Shown piece after piece: positions 7,030 to 10,171 of a stretch of 10,171 bases of DNA. The position numbers and the translations under genes are program-made. The stretch spans positions 1-10,171 of the forward strand of contig CAZYLT010000040.1 of the NCBI GenBank assembly GCA_964648855.1, written 5' to 3'. Below the pieces are notes generated by a model. The model had not been told where the DNA came from and made no database searches. It saw nothing but the letters and a program-made list of their open reading frames with translations. Source of the stretch: an uncultured archaeon (GTDB lineage Archaea; Asgardarchaeota; Thorarchaeia; Thorarchaeales; Thorarchaeaceae). The first letter of the stretch is position 1. Each line of letters begins with the position of its first letter.

Positions 7030-7195
7030 GGCGTAAGCTTCGAGGTTCGCCGAGAAGTTCAGCTCACTGCTACTAATGTCCGAGGCTAGCAGATCGAAAG
7101 TGCAGCTCGCACGTACCTAGAGTTGCGAGTACGCAGCAAGGATTGTAGTAAGTGTATATGGTCGACAGATGCCTTCATCCGGTGCAGCTATTTTT
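7030..7195 (+). repeat. Direct repeat copy 3: displaced 23S 3' end plus trailer and T-tract (attR-like)
   Basis: 98 bp identical to 1396-1493, preceded by GGC versus GGT at 1393-1395. The distal trailer differs by substitutions and small indels. Confidence 0.96.
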
Positions 7196-7329
7196 CTTCA
7201 TTTCAAGATTCTTCAGCGTGCTGTTCAAATTTTATTCTAGAAAAGAAGTATTGATATTGAACATACAACTATACAACAGTGAGAAGGTTTTCTAATACTA
7301 CAAGTAGCATGCTTTGGGGATCACTGGTG

Positions 7330-8880
7330 ATGAAAAGGGGCTCTGGGTCAATCCTAATGGCATATATCATTGTTCTAAACCTAATTGGTTTCCTATCATT
7401 TCCATTATTGGATAGCAAGCAGCATCCTTCATTATTAAGCGACAGCGGAATTGGTGAGTATTCTGTTGCTGATGAGAGTTCGCCTATATCCATCCGCTCA
7501 GATTCTGAACTCATGGCCAAGGCTAAAACTGAGAGGTGGCCAGGAACAGGGACCATTGATGCTCCTTACCTTATTGAGAACTTAACAATACGAAGTGATG
7601 TAACCTGTATAAGAATTCAACACACATCTCTATATTTCCGGTTGGGCCACAGCCGTCTCCTGTCAAAGAGTGAATCCAATGGAGTTGGTCTGTACTTTCA
7701 CAATGTGACAAATGCAGTAGTGAAGAATATGACTATTGCAAACAAGAGAATCGGAATGGTGATCCAAAGCTCGAATAATTGTGTCTTCTTGAAAAACAGT
7801 GTGAAATCAATCTCTGATGCCGGTATTAAAATTTCAGACTCAAGCTACATGAAAGTTTTACAGAACACAGCAAAACGAGCGTATATTGGCTATGAACTAT
7901 CTCAGTTGAGATATTCCATTCTCAACAAAAATAATGCCACACTCATTTCTTCAAATGCAATAGATTTCTATGATGGTACTGATTGTGTGCTACACGCTAA
8001 CACCATCAATGCAGTTCAAGGATCCGGCTTGATAATACGTCAATCGGACAACCTTTCTATCAGCCTTAACACCGCATATCTCTCCGAGCAGGATGGGTTT
8101 GTACTCCAAGGCCTCCACTCTTGCTCGTTCACCAATAACACATCAGTGCTGAATGGGGCTAATGGCTTCTTCTTTGATGATTGTGATCGTTGCACAATTT
8201 ATGGGAACATAGCTGTTCAAAATGTGAGAAATGGCATATCCGCTCCGCGCCTCCAGAATGACTCCATTATTCATAATCTTCTCTGTGCCAACGGTGGTTT
8301 TGGTCTGCAATCTGGCTATGCCAGATTCCCCTCGGTGCTATCAGATAACTCGCTGGGATGGAATAGGGGAGGTAATGCTTGGGAAAATGCTGATGAGAAT
8401 ATTTGGCTAGGAAACAAATGGAGCGACTATGACGGCTCGAGAGAATACAGCATTTCTGGCTGGGCAAACGCAAATGATACAAATCCTTCATTGCTAGTAG
8501 ACACTCTATCTCCTATGATTTATCAGCCAGAAGAACTAGTGGAAGTCAAAGACAACGAAAGCATTGTTATACAATGGCATATCTGGGACTGTCAACCATC
8601 GAGGTATGAGATATACCTTAATGGAACTGAAATTGAGGCAGGAGATTGGAATCGTCCGGATATCCATATCTGGCTAGGACCATTTGAAGAAGGCACCTAT
8701 ATCATTATGTTTCAGGTTTTTGACGAGAATGGACACTCGGCAACAAATACAGTGCTTGTCTACGTGTCGGCAAGGTACAACGTTTCGATGAATTCCTTTT
8801 TCTTGCGATTAGCAATTGGGTTGGTTCTAATCTCTTCATTTTCAATTGTATACTGTTATTTTCGAAAGAGGGATGTATGA
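7330..8880 (+). CDS. Secreted, C-terminally anchored right-handed parallel beta-helix (NosD/CASH-like) protein with an Ig-like domain (ORF open from 7279)
   Basis: Signal or TM N-terminus, 'PISIRSDSEL...WPGTGTIDAPYLIENLTI' cap, repeated G-hydrophobic/Asn-ladder PbH1 units, 'GNKWSDYDGS...DTNP' motif, 'DTLSPMI...YEIYLNGT' Ig-like module, and a C-terminal TM followed by RKRDV. Confidence 0.9.
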   Translation: MKRGSGSILMAYIIVLNLIGFLSFPLLDSKQHPSLLSDSGIGEYSVADESSPISIRSDSELMAKAKTERWPGTGTIDAPYLIENLTIRSDVTCIRIQHTSLYFRLGHSRLLSKSESNGVGLYFHNVTNAVVKNMTIANKRIGMVIQSSNNCVFLKNSVKSISDAGIKISDSSYMKVLQNTAKRAYIGYELSQLRYSILNKNNATLISSNAIDFYDGTDCVLHANTINAVQGSGLIIRQSDNLSISLNTAYLSEQDGFVLQGLHSCSFTNNTSVLNGANGFFFDDCDRCTIYGNIAVQNVRNGISAPRLQNDSIIHNLLCANGGFGLQSGYARFPSVLSDNSLGWNRGGNAWENADENIWLGNKWSDYDGSREYSISGWANANDTNPSLLVDTLSPMIYQPEELVEVKDNESIVIQWHIWDCQPSRYEIYLNGTEIEAGDWNRPDIHIWLGPFEEGTYIIMFQVFDENGHSATNTVLVYVSARYNVSMNSFFLRLAIGLVLISSFSIVYCYFRKRDV

Positions 8881-9197
8881 TGAAAGCCATCATTCTCCCA
8901 ATATCCTTCTCCCATGGAGCTGTTTCCTTTTTCGTGCATTCAAGGAGAGAGAAAACAACTAAACCAATCGTGAAGGAATTAAGCTGCAAAACACTAAGCC
9001 AATAGTGATATACCTACTTCCGACTTGCTTCTTGTTACTATTTTTCTTCCTGCCATATCAACTACCAATCTATCGTTGGAGATATTACTCTGAACTAGAA
9101 GTCACACTCAAAGCTATGGTAGCGAGGCTTATCAAGGCTCGATTATGGATTTGGGAAGACATCGTTTCCTTTGTAGTAGAACCCTATTCTATTGGTC

Positions 9198-9629
9198 CTA
9201 CTCATCTCGCCTTTTTTCGATGAATTGAACAATATGTTGAGCTAGAAGATCGATATCTCCGACATTCTCTTGAAGAATCGAATACAAAATCTCGTTGTCG
9301 AAATCTCCATAGAGGTGTACGATTCGATTTCTGAACCTTGCCATCTCTTGAAGGCTCTCAGCGAGATTTGTGGGCAGGACTTGATTCTTCTCGAGGATTT
9401 CGAACACAGATGCATAATCCTGTGGCCTCTCCCATCCCATAGATCCTATGATGTGATTGCCAATATCGAGACAAATCTGAATCGCTTCCAATAGGTAGTA
9501 TTTCGCAGCTCCCAATTTGATTCTGTCAGCAAGAAAGGTTTCTTTTTCCTCTTCAGCGATATCTCGAAGCAAGCTCATGGTTGTTGTCAGTCTAGCGAGT
9601 TTCGCATCCATGACATTCATATTATTCAT
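9198..9629 (-). CDS. hepT: HEPN (DUF86, HepT-like) RNase toxin
   Basis: RX4HXY motif RNRIVHLY. The gene overlaps the upstream nucleotidyltransferase gene by 4 bp. Confidence 0.92.
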   Translation of the reverse strand: MNNMNVMDAKLARLTTTMSLLRDIAEEEKETFLADRIKLGAAKYYLLEAIQICLDIGNHIIGSMGWERPQDYASVFEILEKNQVLPTNLAESLQEMARFRNRIVHLYGDFDNEILYSILQENVGDIDLLAQHIVQFIEKRRDE

Positions 9630-10057
9630 AGTTTGCCAGTCTCCAGGATTCTCTGATGCATATTCCGATTATAGTCAGCAATCATTGGCTTGAAATCAAG
9701 AAAGTGCATCACTGCTCGGTCCTCGAATTCAAGTCTTCTCCTTTCATCTTTACAGAGGACTACCTTCCCCTCTGATATGACTCGAAATTGTAGCTCAAGA
9801 AACGCCTCATTGAGGTTTCTCACATCCACGTCATGCCCAAGCTGTCCAGATAGCTTTTCCGATAGTCGCAGTAATTCCCTCTTCCGTTCCTTGACAGGGG
9901 CTTCTTTTGTCCAGAGAATCGCAATATCCAAATCACTGAGAGGGGTTGCTTCTCCTCTCGCATATGATCCGTACAGATAGCATGCTATCACAGAGCTATC
10001 TTGAATCATCTCCTCTAGGGCACTAGAAACCTTATCGAGGGATATTTCTTGAACCAA
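9626..10057 (-). CDS. mntA: Minimal nucleotidyltransferase (MntA-like) antitoxin
   Basis: GSX10DXD motif (GSYARGEATPLSDLD), a third acidic strand VDV, and position directly upstream of the HEPN gene. Confidence 0.92.
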   Translation of the reverse strand: MVQEISLDKVSSALEEMIQDSSVIACYLYGSYARGEATPLSDLDIAILWTKEAPVKERKRELLRLSEKLSGQLGHDVDVRNLNEAFLELQFRVISEGKVVLCKDERRRLEFEDRAVMHFLDFKPMIADYNRNMHQRILETGKL

Positions 10058-10171
10058 GGTGTTAGGCCTCCATAATCTACGGCTACCAATATTACATCTT
10101 CAATTTTGTTCTTTGCGGTCAATAGGACCCTTGTCAAATATCCATTTAGAGCAACACATTGCCATAGTCGT

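Noticed and set aside
6804-7076. 90-aa ORF from the track
   Set aside because: It is an off-frame reading of the tnpB remnant that runs into the rRNA repeat.
1393-7195. CRISPR array or classical integron attC array
   Set aside because: The repeats are 100-165 bp, rRNA-derived and separated by kilobases. No cas gene or integron integrase is present, and I found no clear RYYYAAC/GTTRRRY boxes.
8877-9223. Short ORFs between the beta-helix and HEPN genes (including 9005..9223)
   Set aside because: They have no recognisable motif and one overlaps the HEPN 3' end. They may be remnants but cannot be supported.

Overview
Archaeal window, probably Asgard (inferred from the expanded helix-98/ES39 region and the style of the secreted beta-helix protein). 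It opens in the 3' part of a 23S rRNA gene that is interrupted at the peptidyl-transferase centre by a 739-nt bulge-helix-bulge intron encoding a LAGLIDADG endonuclease. No 5S or tRNA gene follows. Instead, the 23S 3' end and/or its structured trailer recurs twice more as direct repeats (about 3354-3455 and 7030-7195). These repeats bracket blocks of cargo genes: (1) a secreted hydrophobic-tailed protein coupled to a membrane protein, and (2) a secreted protein, an ABC-2 exporter, a membrane protein and a decayed tnpB that ends about 30 bp before the displaced 23S 3' end. After the last repeat lie a membrane-anchored parallel beta-helix surface protein and an MNT-HEPN toxin-antitoxin pair. The best candidate for a new system is a tandem array of cargo islands anchored at the 23S rRNA 3' end, possibly with a TnpB guide aimed at the rRNA gene itself.
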